Origin: Asterionella formosa | Lineage: Eukaryota | DNA length: 49,132 bases | Direction of reading: 5' to 3' | NCBI GenBank assembly: GCA_002256025.1 | Contig: NKIB01013981.1 | Span: forward strand, 1-49,132 | Part shown: positions 23,291-34,898 of the stretch, in pieces | Layout of the letters: every line of letters starts with the position of its first letter | Position numbering within the stretch: the stretch's first letter is position 1 | Translations under genes and position numbers: made by a program | The notes under the pieces: generated by a model | Seen by the model: the letters and a program-made list of their open reading frames with translations, nothing else | Database searches by the model: none | Told to the model about the DNA's origin: nothing

Positions 23291-23824
23291 CCACTAAATT
23301 GGTCTACGCAGTTTTTTCAAGTGGGGTCGTGGGAGAGTTCAAATAGAGAAAGAGGATCATAAGTTGCCCTGCATATGCAAAGATGGAGAGCAGTTGCTAG
23401 TTGCCTTCCATGTACGTAGATGGACGCGACCTTTGACAATGCGATGGTCGAGATTCCGGCTGCCGCGAAGGAGTTAAGAAAAGTTATTCAAATGGATCAA
23501 ATAGTGAAGAATCTGAGCTGAGGTTAGAGGAGAGTGATCCAGCATTGTGAGATGTTTGTCAGGGTGACCGTACATGGGGAAGAAGGAGGCATGACAGTCA
23601 TGAAAGAAATCTTCAAAAATAGTAATTAGGACCGAGCGCCGAAGCAGTTTCCGAAAAGGAGTAGTTGAGTGGGGATGAGGTGAGATTGGAGGCATGAAAT
23701 GGGGAGAGAGGGCTAAAATGGTGTGGGATTGCCAAGGCCAGCAAAGCAAAGGTATGACCTAATTACCCATTGGCAAAAAAGTGTTACAATATGCACAATG
23801 ATGTGTGGCGCGCTTGGTCCCAAG

Positions 23825-24351
23825 AATTCCCCAAATACGAAGATCGAAGATTTTGCCGCAATAGCTTCGCAATATTCAATCTTCGTATTTCGTGCACCAT
23901 AAGCAAGTTTCAGCCTTAAGAGTATGGCCCATGTGATGCTTCCTGGCTTTGACAGCCTAGATTATATAAAAATTTTAACCTTGTCAGTAGCACCCCAACA
24001 AACATGGTGACTTCTTTGGGTACTGCAAGGCAGGGGAAAGGTTGAATAGCTACACTTTCTTGCATGAGAGTAGATGGAAATTCATGTGCTGTTTCTGCTG
24101 TATTCTGGCAATGGTGAATCAATGGCGTCCCCAAATCTTGATTATTGAGGAGCAAGAAGGTAGATGACTTGATTTGAACTTTGATTGAGGCATTTATATG
24201 CCTCTACTGTGTTTGCCTTGCCTTTTGTGGAATGTGTGGCAGACTCTGATATTGTATTATAGCTTTAAGGATCTTCTTGGATCAAAATGGAATGTTTTGA
24301 CATGACCATGAAGGTTCTCGTTGAATAAATAGTACACCTGATTTGAATCCA
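23825..24351 (+). repeat. ~525 bp direct repeat, copy 2
   Basis: Near-identical to 21947-22472. Confidence 0.95.
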
Positions 24352-25930
24352 TAAATATCTAGTAAAAGTTATCACGCTCCTCGTCATCGCAAACTTAATG
24401 ATGTCTCTACTTTGTTCATATCTTCAAAACTGAGAAAACGACGACAAAACAAATTCTAGTGGCAATTTTAATTTTTGTTGTCAATTTCGTGCACAAAAAT
24501 TTATTATTGAAAGATTAACTCGTTTATAAGTTAGTAGGATGGATATATTTAAGAAAGAGCAATAGTTAATTGTCAATTTTCGATGAGATATTCATTCCAA
24601 TAAGTTCATCATGGTCAAGACCGAGATATTGAATCATCGACCTAAATACTGTATACTTCGCTCAGTGTCCTGGACCCCCAAATGTACACTGCCGGCATTG
24701 AATTTGACTGATTTAACTAAGCCAGGAATAAGGCGAGATTTCCCTTATAAATTTCATCAATTCTACAGGATGCTGCGTTTCATTCTTATAATTATTCCTA
24801 TGCTCATCATGTCTATAAAGTGAGAACTGAGAAAGGTCTTCACGTTGTTGCAAGAAAAATGCGACATAGTAACGTTGTCATCAACAACTTCAGTTTTCAT
24901 TGTCAATATTAGTATTAATAAAATAAATCTTTTACGATTGTACCAAATATCAACGTGTCGTCATTCTCAGTTTTCATACACCCCTGGTTTACTAGTTGAC
25001 AATAATGACAAACTATATGTAATCCATGTGAGAAGGGAGCTTAGGCATGGAGAGATTTCTGATTCCAACTCAGGTTTTTTGCATCGATACCAGTATTTTG
25101 TTTTCTCATGCTTTGCTAGAAATACAAACAACAAACTATTGGCTAGTTCAGCTATTCAAAAACACATGAAAAAGGAATGTGGAATAAATGCCAACAAAAC
25201 TTTTAGAAAAACTTTCTCTTGGAACTTTAAGTCGACACTAGGAAGCATTTTGCCACTAAAAAGTCAATAGTGATTGATAAGTCTACAACAGAGTGTCCAG
25301 CAAATCAAGGAATAATCAAGAAAAACAAGAAAAAATCCAGTTTGGTTATTAAGAAATAAACTTGTTACAATCTAGTTTTGACTATCAGGATATATATAGG
25401 TTCCACAAGAAAACTGCAGTCATGAACATATAGGCCTAGCTGCTCATTAGGTAAAATGTTTGATTAGGAAGATGATTTTTTATTAAATATCTTTAGATCA
25501 AGTTGGGAGCACAAATGTTTCTAGCCTCCAAAGAAAACATCTGCATTAAAAAAGCAGGAGATTGAATGTTTCAGATCAAACAATATACAAATTTCCACGT
25601 AGATTAAACTCACTCATTTTAAAATGATTGCAAACAAAGTACAACAAAAGTGGGTCTTAAAATGCTACTGGTATCATAGGAAGACCTACACATATGAGGT
25701 AGAGAATAGTTTTCAAATTTCGCATGTGTTGCATGCTTTTCTCAACCCTTGGTTCTTTTTTATCGGTCTCGTTAAGTATGATGGCTGATGAGTACACAAT
25801 GATAGAGCTGAAAAAGAAAGCGAACAAGGCCGAAAATAAGCTAGCAATGTATGGGTGTTAATGACAACCTAATTTCTAGATTCAACAATGAAAAGACTTG
25901 ATGTAAGTCAAATAAAATGCAAAACAGTCA

Positions 25931-28084
25931 TTACACATCTCGTTCCTTCTCAAACCAACTGCAAACACTGCTAGCAAGCATAACCATCTCCATTGCCACA
26001 TGTGCTTCAAACTTCACCCCCTTTGGTCCTAGTCGTGATGACAAGGACTGAATATCACTAACTGTGACCAGCTGTTGAATCAACCATTTTGGCATGCTAT
26101 ACGGTGATGACAACAACAAGCTTTGAAGCGACGGTAATCGATGTGCCAATAGCAAAAGAAAACACATACCACGACGTTGATCAATGGCGGAACCCGTGGA
26201 TTTGCCAGAAGATAATTGGTCTAATCTTGGTAGTCCAGGCAAGGTGGCTTGAAGAGAATTTGGCCGACCCTCTTGTTCTGGCTCTGGGCTAGCTCCTTTG
26301 TAACGATTGCAATGTGCTTTCCATTCTGACCAACTACTGAAATGACTCGGTGGAACAACTTTTGCCGTGTCGCACGCTTCCATGAATCCTCCCTCTTCTA
26401 GTACTTCATCAATTAGGTTCAAAGAACTAGCAACAGCAGTATCTGGATCAACAGAAGTTTGTCTTGTTATCAAACCTAACCTCACGGCCCACATGGACGG
26501 CAACGGCATGTAGCTGGCAATCAGTTCAACCATTGGTGCCGGCAAAGTCATAGTTCTAATCAGATTCGTTTCACTCTTAGTCATGTTAGTAAAGAGAGGA
26601 CTTTCCCATGTAACTTCATGAATGGTCATACCATTGTTGCACGTGGCACGCTCTTGTTGCAACAATGTCCAAATTTGCACCATTTGGAAATTTCGCTGCA
26701 CCCGCGACTTTTCTCGCATAAGTGTGAATTGCGTTTGTGGATCCAGCAAAAGCAAGAGTTCCCTGGTCTTGTTTGTTTGTCGCCGTCGTTGCTTGGCCCA
26801 ATCTCTAGCAGTTCGTCCTCGACAGTCCTTAATCATTAGTTCACAACCCGCCGTAATCAAAATTTTGACGACCTCCAAGTGTTCTCGCTTGCATGCCAGC
26901 ATCAGCGAGGTGGATTTTTGCATAGTCATGGCATCTACTTCTGCCTCATGGTCAAGTAACAGTTGACAAACGTGACCATGACCGCGCTGCGCAGCCAACA
27001 TCAATGCACTCATGTGCTCGTTATTCCGTCGATTTACCAGCGCCCCATTCTCAATCAAATACTGAACCACAAGAGTGTGTCCTTCTTGAGCAGCTCTCAT
27101 CAGGGCCGTAGTACTTTTATAGTTGGCCAATTCTACTAATCCTCCATGTTCCACCAATATTTTCACGACTGCCAATTGTCCAAAATGAGCAGCTTGCAGC
27201 ATCGCTGACGACCCAGCCATGCTAACGTCGAGGGGCGATGCTCCTCGCGCGAGCAATTCTCGTACCAGTTGGGAGGATCCCTTTTGGGCAGCTAAAATCA
27301 ATGGTGTGACGCGTTTCGCATTAGTCACGTGGACAGGAGCTCCTTGTTGGAGCATGCCGATGGCAGCGTCAATATTATTGTCCCGAATGGCCACGTGAAG
27401 GGCGGTGTCAAAGTGTCGACCAAAAGTGTTCGGTTGTCGTGGCGGCTCCGACATTATGGATGGGGGGTGAATAACAGCTCCATCGCCAGACGGAATGCTG
27501 GTAGAATCTTCTTCGTGGTGTTGCCCTTGTCGAAGTTGAGCGGGGGGAGGAGTCATACCGGCAGTGAGGTTGGCTACGAAAGGGTCTTGTTCAACAATGG
27601 TATCGAGTTGTGGGACAACCCCTGCTATGGAGGAGGCGGCGAATCGCTGTCTCTGATGACTGTGAATTCGAAAAAGCGCGGAGGAAATTTTTTCCACTTG
27701 CTCGGCGTTCAATTCTTCGCCTAGAAGAGCATTGTTCAGTTGCGCTGCATCATTATCAACAGGCAGTTCTGGATGTGACCTGGGTCGTTTTCTGCTTTCA
27801 TTGGGAATTGATTCATTGAGCTCGACGGATCCTCCATTTCGCGTAGGCGTCGTCAGGTTGTGAAAAGACGGCGGAGCCTGTGCTGACGAACTGCTGGCTG
27901 CGGGTTTCCTGTCGTCCTCGTCGTTCGTTTCAGTGGAAGAGTCAGCTTGAATGCACGAGGGTTCATTCCGTACTTTTGATAGAAGGCCGTTGCCAGCCAA
28001 AATAGTACGTTGCCGTTTCATTGCTCGGTCCTCCTCGTCGTCTTCCTTTGCGGTGTCATTTAGTAGAGATGGGATGGAAGTCAT
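25931..28084 (-). CDS. Ankyrin repeat protein (about 6 repeats) with a disordered N-terminus, 717 aa
   Basis: DTALHVA, VTPLILAA, SSAMLQAA, TTALMRAA, MSALMLAA, STSLMLAC, GRTARDWA. Confidence 0.9.
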   Translation of the reverse strand: MTSIPSLLNDTAKEDDEEDRAMKRQRTILAGNGLLSKVRNEPSCIQADSSTETNDEDDRKPAASSSSAQAPPSFHNLTTPTRNGGSVELNESIPNESRKRPRSHPELPVDNDAAQLNNALLGEELNAEQVEKISSALFRIHSHQRQRFAASSIAGVVPQLDTIVEQDPFVANLTAGMTPPPAQLRQGQHHEEDSTSIPSGDGAVIHPPSIMSEPPRQPNTFGRHFDTALHVAIRDNNIDAAIGMLQQGAPVHVTNAKRVTPLILAAQKGSSQLVRELLARGASPLDVSMAGSSAMLQAAHFGQLAVVKILVEHGGLVELANYKSTTALMRAAQEGHTLVVQYLIENGALVNRRNNEHMSALMLAAQRGHGHVCQLLLDHEAEVDAMTMQKSTSLMLACKREHLEVVKILITAGCELMIKDCRGRTARDWAKQRRRQTNKTRELLLLLDPQTQFTLMREKSRVQRNFQMVQIWTLLQQERATCNNGMTIHEVTWESPLFTNMTKSETNLIRTMTLPAPMVELIASYMPLPSMWAVRLGLITRQTSVDPDTAVASSLNLIDEVLEEGGFMEACDTAKVVPPSHFSSWSEWKAHCNRYKGASPEPEQEGRPNSLQATLPGLPRLDQLSSGKSTGSAIDQRRGMCFLLLLAHRLPSLQSLLLSSPYSMPKWLIQQLVTVSDIQSLSSRLGPKGVKFEAHVAMEMVMLASSVCSWFEKERDV

Positions 28085-28438
28085 GTCGTTGGGTTTCGAC
28101 GAACTGAACTCTTTTAAACAACTATAGAGTAGCGTCTACGTAATAGATGAGTTGCAGCCGGCGGTAACAAAAGAAAAGACGATACAAGCTTTTTCTTCTC
28201 AAGAACAACGATGAAGGTTACCAGTAATCGTAGAATATATACTAAAAGACTTTTGCATGATAATACGGTATTCTACCTCTATGTATTATGTACAAAATAC
28301 CGATATGTGCATCGAAGTTTTCACGATGCATCGTCCTCACATCCTACGTGTATCCTGGTACGGAGTACCTGGTACCTGGTACCAAGATTGCCGTTGATAC
28401 CAGTTACATTGTCGTATATACAATGGGAGCAGGCATGC

Positions 28439-28505
28439 CTGCAAGTTGCGGTCATTCTTATCCTCTATTAAATTGTTATTTAAGCCAAATGACCGCAACT
28501 TGCAG
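28439..28505. mobile_element. Short MITE-like inverted-repeat element, copy 2
   Basis: Perfect 18-bp inverted repeat: CTGCAAGTTGCGGTCATT (28439-28456) and AATGACCGCAACTTGCAG (28488-28505). Confidence 0.6.
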
Positions 28506-28865
28506 ATATCCAGCTACCGGTAGTGGCGGTTACTTGAGAAAGTGTTCCCGAATGATGGTTGATGGGGGTGTTCCTGGCCTCAAGTGCTGAACCTATGTTC
28601 CATTGGTAAGAAGCACGCACTTGTGTGATTTTGCTGACGGAGACGAAAAAAAGTGGGTCACGGTTGAGTTCTCGTTTACAGAATAGGCGTTACACAGCTA
28701 AACATGGAACATCTCATGCGTATGTCATGAAAAGAACCTCAAACATGAAAATACAGTCGTACCTACGACAGCTGTACATAACATCATGCATTACGACATG
28801 TTTTGAGACTTTACTGGCATTCTTACGGTTGTCAATGTGTGGTGCTATCATCAGCATTTTACGCC

Positions 28866-29672
28866 ATGGCAAAGAAGTCAAGGGCGACCACAAACCCCAA
28901 AACGAATCCTGGTCGTGATGATTGTCCTTCCAAGTCGGAAGCTCACCCTCCAATAGTGGCGCAAACGTCGTCATCATCATCATCATCATTACTCGTCAAA
29001 AACAAAACAATACAACAACAACTTGACCTTCAGCCTGTTGTCCCTGGTGCTGTCTATACTGCCAATTCGTTTCTATCATCACAAGAATGTCAAGCTTGGA
29101 TTCGTTTGGTAGAAGAATTTCCAAAAGCATTGGTATATACACAGCATCCTGCCTCACGAACTATGGCTCAACGTGAATGTAGTCGATGGCAAAGACAAGA
29201 TTGGGAAATGGCGGATGCGTTGTTCGAACGAATGAAACACTCCACCATTATTGCTCAATTAGAGTCCTATCTGTTCTCTACGTGCACTTCTACTACCACG
29301 ACACAAATGCCACGACGACAGCAGCAAGAACAACAACAAAAAAGAATGATTACAGCTGTCAATGGTAATTTACGAGTCTATAAATATGAACGAACCATGT
29401 CTTTTGGGAAACATGTTGATGGGAATGAACGTACGGATCGAGGAATGACTCAGGTAACAGTATTGATTTATTTGTCCAATTGTGTAGGTGGCGCAACACG
29501 ATTTCACTTTGGACGTAAAGAGCAAGTAGCAATCGACCCACATGAAGGGAAAATATTATTTCATGTTCATGGTACACATTGTTTGGTACATGAAGCCGAT
29601 GCTGTAAAACAGGGAGTTAAGTATGTCTTGAGAACAGATTTGATTTATAATACTAATGCAATGCCATCTTGA
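28866..29672 (+). CDS. 2OG-Fe(II) oxygenase (prolyl-4-hydroxylase-like fold)
   Basis: FLSSQEC, LRVYKY, FGKHVDG (HxD), TVLIYL, GGATRF, HEADAVKQGVKYVLRTD. Confidence 0.85.
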   Translation: MAKKSRATTNPKTNPGRDDCPSKSEAHPPIVAQTSSSSSSSLLVKNKTIQQQLDLQPVVPGAVYTANSFLSSQECQAWIRLVEEFPKALVYTQHPASRTMAQRECSRWQRQDWEMADALFERMKHSTIIAQLESYLFSTCTSTTTTQMPRRQQQEQQQKRMITAVNGNLRVYKYERTMSFGKHVDGNERTDRGMTQVTVLIYLSNCVGGATRFHFGRKEQVAIDPHEGKILFHVHGTHCLVHEADAVKQGVKYVLRTDLIYNTNAMPS

Positions 29673-29907
29673 GAATAGATTTGCTATAATGGTGATGATG
29701 ATAATGATACTGATAATATTGGTATAAGAATCAAAAGAGGGAAACATAAAAAAAATGTATATTTCTAGTCATGATAGATTCCAACAATGAACATATAATA
29801 GTAGCTACTTCGGTTACTTGAATGCTTGACTGTATACAGCACTATTGCTTATAAATAATACCCATGTTCACGGCACCACATTTTACATATATTTCAAATC
29901 CCAGATA

Positions 29908-30975
29908 CTAACTCCCAGAATCTTCATTTTGATTCATAAAATAAAGCGTAAGCGTAAATCGCTTTCCTTCCACATTCCAGTGCGTGACGAATTTTCCTTC
30001 TCCCTTGTCGATTGGTTCATTTGGAATTTTAAAAGCAATTGTTTCATATGGCTCTGCTGCCACGAGCAAATATTGATAGTTTCGATTGGCTGGCAAGTCC
30101 ACTTTTTGTTCAAACGCACTCATAAATCGATGCCTGGGTTGTTGATCTGTTCTAGGGAAGAGCACTTCAAACGAAAGACACCGCTGGTTCGTTACTTCAT
30201 CTCTGGACTTGAAGACTTGATAGGCTGGTCTACCAATTTTGACCCGTTTGATACCTGTGGATTTCACCGCAGTGGGCATGGATTGACCTGGCATAAATTG
30301 AGCGTCTCGTTCTGCTTTTTTCGTTTCTAGAAATGCCCGTCTAGCCAATCCTTGCTGATGTTTCTTCCCCTGCGTATGTGCCAAATAATTGGCTTCATTG
30401 GTGTGCAGGGTCAAACAAAGCTTGCATTCATAAGTTCCCAAATGATTTCTAATTAGGTATGGGTCCTTGGCCAAATCAATGGACTCCAAGGCAAGTCTCT
30501 TGAGACGATCCTTACGTTCTCGTTCTGCATTTTGACTGCTCGATACTCCTCCACCCCCAAATTTACTCCCAACTCTATTTTGTCGGTCTGTCCCACCCCG
30601 AAGACGTAAATGCAGCGAGACAGTCGTCATGGAAGTTTGCGTCAATATGTTTTGATAATTGGTCTCGTCCAAAACTTTGCCATCATGTACAAAGTAGCCA
30701 ATGTGTCGTAGTCTTTTAAACGACGTAGGATCACTCTCCGTGAGGGTAGTAGTAGTAGCAGCAGTACGTTTCTCTCCAGAAGTAATAGTACTAATACTAG
30801 TATTATCTTTACATTCCACAGCGTCCCAAAGGGATTTCAAAACTGTCTCGTAGGATGAATCGGACACTTGGAGTCGTGTACTTCCTGTCGTTCCTCGTGC
30901 TGTTTGGACTAGGACTAATTGTTTCTGTTGTTGTGCCCTTGGATTGATGTGGGATGCATCATCATTGAGACACAT
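29908..30975 (-). CDS. SF3A2: Splicing factor 3A subunit 2 (SF3A2/Prp11) with an N-terminal ubiquitin-like leader ending LRLRGG
   Basis: RLKRLALESIDLAKDPY, CKLCLTLHTNEANYLAHTQGKKH U1-type zinc finger, KIGRPAY, PRHRFMSAFEQKV, YQYLLVAAEPYETIAFKIP; first in-frame ATG at 30975. Confidence 0.92.
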   Translation of the reverse strand: MCLNDDASHINPRAQQQKQLVLVQTARGTTGSTRLQVSDSSYETVLKSLWDAVECKDNTSISTITSGEKRTAATTTTLTESDPTSFKRLRHIGYFVHDGKVLDETNYQNILTQTSMTTVSLHLRLRGGTDRQNRVGSKFGGGGVSSSQNAERERKDRLKRLALESIDLAKDPYLIRNHLGTYECKLCLTLHTNEANYLAHTQGKKHQQGLARRAFLETKKAERDAQFMPGQSMPTAVKSTGIKRVKIGRPAYQVFKSRDEVTNQRCLSFEVLFPRTDQQPRHRFMSAFEQKVDLPANRNYQYLLVAAEPYETIAFKIPNEPIDKGEGKFVTHWNVEGKRFTLTLYFMNQNEDSGS

Positions 30976-31699
30976 GTTGGTAGTAGAACTAGAAGTAGAA
31001 GTCGTCGTGGTGGTGGTGGTGGAGGAATGAATGTCGACGACGGGTTCAGACAATCGCCATTGCCATTTGACTCCTAACTTTTTGTTGCAAGAAGTGTATA
31101 ACACCTGTATATGAATGACGTTGACGAGCAAAAGTGCAGCGCCAAATATTTGTTCATACAGTACCAGATACTGTATAATAATAGTATTGGTGCAGTGATA
31201 TTATTTACCGTATTCTTACCAGTAGTATCGCACGATCATGGTCCGCAGCCTTTGTAATCGAACAACCTGCTGCTGTTTTGTTCCCACATACTTTTAAAAA
31301 GAAATGAATTTGTGGTGTCTGTCCCTGATGCATTCAAATTTTGAACGTAATTGTTATAAAATGGAAGTATCCAGGGCTATCCAAGGAGTACAGGTATGCG
31401 CGAAGGTAATGGAGCGTCGAAAATATGTATAATATTTATACTGGTATATATTATATATAATCTGATCATACCACGAGGAACAAAATCCAGATGACAAAGT
31501 TCTTTGATGGGGCAGACGATATTCTTAGAAGAGAATTCTGCTTACCTCCCTCTTGACAAGGATTCAATCCCATTCCTCATAAATGTACCGGTAACTTGCT
31601 GCTAGAAGCATATTTCTTCGTTCGACAGTTCGATTGATTCCTCAGTATCATTATTATTAGACTACCGATATACTCTTCGAATTATTAACTGAAACGACC

Positions 31700-33289
31700 A
31701 TGACCCCAACGGCGACGACCCTCCTCGTTCTTGCTGTCTCCTTGTTGATCACTATCAGCACAAATGCATTTAGTTCGTACTCCACCTTCACTCGTTCGAC
31801 TTTGAGCTCTAATGCAATCACCTTGATTCAAAATGAAGACACCATGCTCATGTATGATTCGTCGAACGATCCTCCTAACAATGACAATGGCAGCAGTAAC
31901 AGCAACATGTGGACTGTCCTTGCCACAACGGAACGATGGCTTTCCAACATTTTAGGGCAGACATCCGCTGCTGATAATCCTTACACTCGTAAGGAAGTTT
32001 CCTATGTCTGTGAAGCTCAAGCAGATGAGGCCATGATCATTGCCAATATTTGGAGAAGATTACGAGAAGCCAGAGAGCGAGGAGAATTGCATGGACAAAC
32101 AGAAGAAGATAGGCGCTTGGAGCAAGGTGAGATTCTGTTTGTTTCGTCTTTGAGTATGTATTGTCCATGCAATGCTGACTCGCGCTGCTCCTTCACAAAT
32201 GAATATAATGTACTGCCACCATGACAAACAGGAAAAACATACATTCCTTCCACTTATCGTCAAACTCAAGTCATTGTTATTCCCAACAATGAACCCCTCA
32301 ACAAGTCGTTCAAAGTATTTGATGGTGTCATTGGAGCCATCAATCAGTCAAGAAGAAATGCAAGGGACTATGTTACTGACCTTAGCTTGCAGAAGCTGGA
32401 CGAAAGGATGGAAGGAGAATCAGATGTGGAATGGAGGTGAGGGCGAGAATCGAAACAGTTACAGTTTTGAGCATGTTCCATTGTCCTTTCTAACCTTTTA
32501 CTCGGTTCACTTTCTTTTTGTTTCAACTTCTATAGCGTCGCTGTCAATTGCGCTCACTTGCACCCAAACTTTGGTGACAAGACCAAGGAACAAATTGTCG
32601 AAGAACTAGTGAAGGAGAACGAAGCGGGAGAGAGTGACCTCAATCTTGTGGCTCACAAGGCGAAACGAGCATTGGCACGTCAGTCACCCTACCCCACCAT
32701 TGTTATTGAAACTCGGTCCACTCCTCCTATTGACTTTGGACAGAGTCCTCCTATTGCCAAAGTTCGACAAGCCGTACAAGAACAAGTATCCTCCGAAACT
32801 GTTGCGAAACTTGAAGCGCTCTTTGGCATGTCGGCCACGTTTTCTCATCCAATGCAAGGAGCGCGTTCTCTAGAAGAAGAAGAAGATGCCTTTTATAGTG
32901 CGATCGGCAGTACGATGGACGAGATTCATGTGGTCACGCCCATGATCTTGGCTCAGAATTGGGTTGTCAAGTACGATGCTGATTTTGATATTGCACATGC
33001 AAGCTTCACCTTGTCTGACTGCCAACATGTGGATGCTGGATATGAATTTGTCTTTACTAACATGGCCATGCATGCACAGCTACCAGACGTCCACCGTCAA
33101 TATTTGGTTATGTCCTCGTTTTTAAGTTCGTCAGCAACGAGTTTGGAGAAATTTGCAAATGAAATCAAAAACATGATTCAGAATCTGGATAGTTTGGCAA
33201 AAGTACAAGTCTTGACTATGCACCCCGAGCACATTGAACGGTCGATGCGCTCGCCTGTTCCAATCTTGTGTTTGAATTGGGTCAAGTAA
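31700..33289 (+). CDS. Probable plastid-targeted protein with two DUF1415-like motifs; exons 31700-32126, 32232-32436, 32536-33289
   Basis: Signal peptide ending TNA|F followed by an S/T-rich transit-like stretch; two GT-AG introns join three frames without stops; LHPNF...RQSPYPTIVI and MHPEH...RSPVPILCL. Confidence 0.7.
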
Positions 33290-33846
33290 ATTGATTTGCA
33301 GTTGTGGAGATGTTGTTGTATAAATGTGCAGCAACACGTTTCTTCGAGCGACGGGAGTTTTTCCTGTCGTTTACTTTCGGTCATCATAAAAGAAATTGAG
33401 CCCTACATTTCGAATTATTCAAGGGGCCTAGAGCAGCATCAGTTTCAAAGTAACATGTGGATACAATCATGGTATTCATGACGATGTATATAAAATAGAT
33501 TGTCATACCATGTAATAATTATATTTTGACAGGTGCAGCATCCCACAAATGACGAGTGTTTTTTGCTTTCATGTGCAAGAATAAATAAAAGGAACAACAA
33601 TGAAAATTTCCGTCCAAAAACAGACTCTCTTGCTCCACGGAAAATTATCCATCTGCACTTAACGTCGAAAATATACCGAACAGGTTCATATATTAAATGG
33701 TATGAACATTTAAATTTGATTTGTCATTTTTTATTGCTCGCAGTTATGTTTTCATCGTTGGAACATGCATACTATATTTTTTTGGTGTGTGTGTGTGTGT
33801 GCATCCCTCTACAACGCAAATAACACCCGGACCTGTCGATGCATTA

Positions 33847-34898
33847 TTAAAACTTGACAACTTGACAAGAGGTAAATCCCATTTCTTGGAGTACCCCCCT
33901 AACATCCCTTTGATCTCTTGGTCCACAAAAGTCTTGATAAAAGGAAGGTGGTCCACAAACAAAGACTTTATCAGTGTCCTTGGTACCAATGTTCTCTTCT
34001 TGACATGTACGTAGTAGCAAATCCTTGACGATGGGACCATAATAATAGTCATTTTTCGTATTGCCTTCTTCAGTATTATTATTATCCAATGGCGAAATGG
34101 CATAAATGATCCGCAGGTGCTTGGGGAATCTATTCTTCATGTCATTGAGTTGATCTTCAAGGTACATGCCATCTCGTCGACAAGCAAACACTAAAACAAC
34201 ACGGGTAGTAGGTTGTTCAGTTTCCTCTTCTCCAAACATTCGAAGGAGAGCCTGTTAGATTTGCGTAGGTGCATTTTTGGGTAGATAAATAAATGTATAG
34301 AGTGTAAGTATAATAAGTACAATGCAATTTTAGCAAGTGTTAGAGACATAGTCCTACAAAGTCAACATTTGTGCACACACGGATAGTAACAGTCAAGTAC
34401 AGTACAGTACAGTACCTGATACATGGGTGTTATCCCAGTCCCTGCTGCCAACATTAGTATGGATGAGGGAGAATCAAATGGATATTGAATTTTGATATTT
34501 CCTGGAAGTTGTCGAAACAACAAGGAGTCTCGTCTTGGGCGAAGCTTCGCAAAGACAGAACTCATGGCCCCTTGGGGATATCGTTTCACTAGCAACGTGA
34601 ATCGTCCTGTCTCATGTCGACTCGAAATGGGCGTGTAGGGTCTCGTTAGTGCCAAGTTGTTTGGTGGAGAGACCAGGATACAAGAACACGTGGAAATGCC
34701 GAGTGACAGATCCTGAGTTGGAAGAGCAAAGTGGTACAAGGATGTGTCCGGCGAAATATCTTCTTTGGATAGAAATGGAAGGGCTGTTGGAGTTCCTATC
34801 AGCCACGGTCTATCTGAGGATGAGCAGCATGAGACAATCAGTAAGCAAAGTAACGCTAATACATGTGCAATCCGAGAGAACGGCATGAGTGACATCAT
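33847..34898 (-). CDS. NADH-cytochrome b5 reductase-like flavoprotein; exons 34416-34898 and 33847-34251
   Basis: TRPYTPIS (FAD), LLVKRYPQGAMS, MLAAGTGITPMYQ|ALL, VFVCGPPSF, C-terminal VVKF; intron 34252-34415. Confidence 0.9.

Noticed and set aside
24352..25900. AT-rich stretch with a 141-aa ORF (24845-25270) as a gene
   Set aside because: TTG start, no recognisable domain; probably an old TE remnant but not assignable
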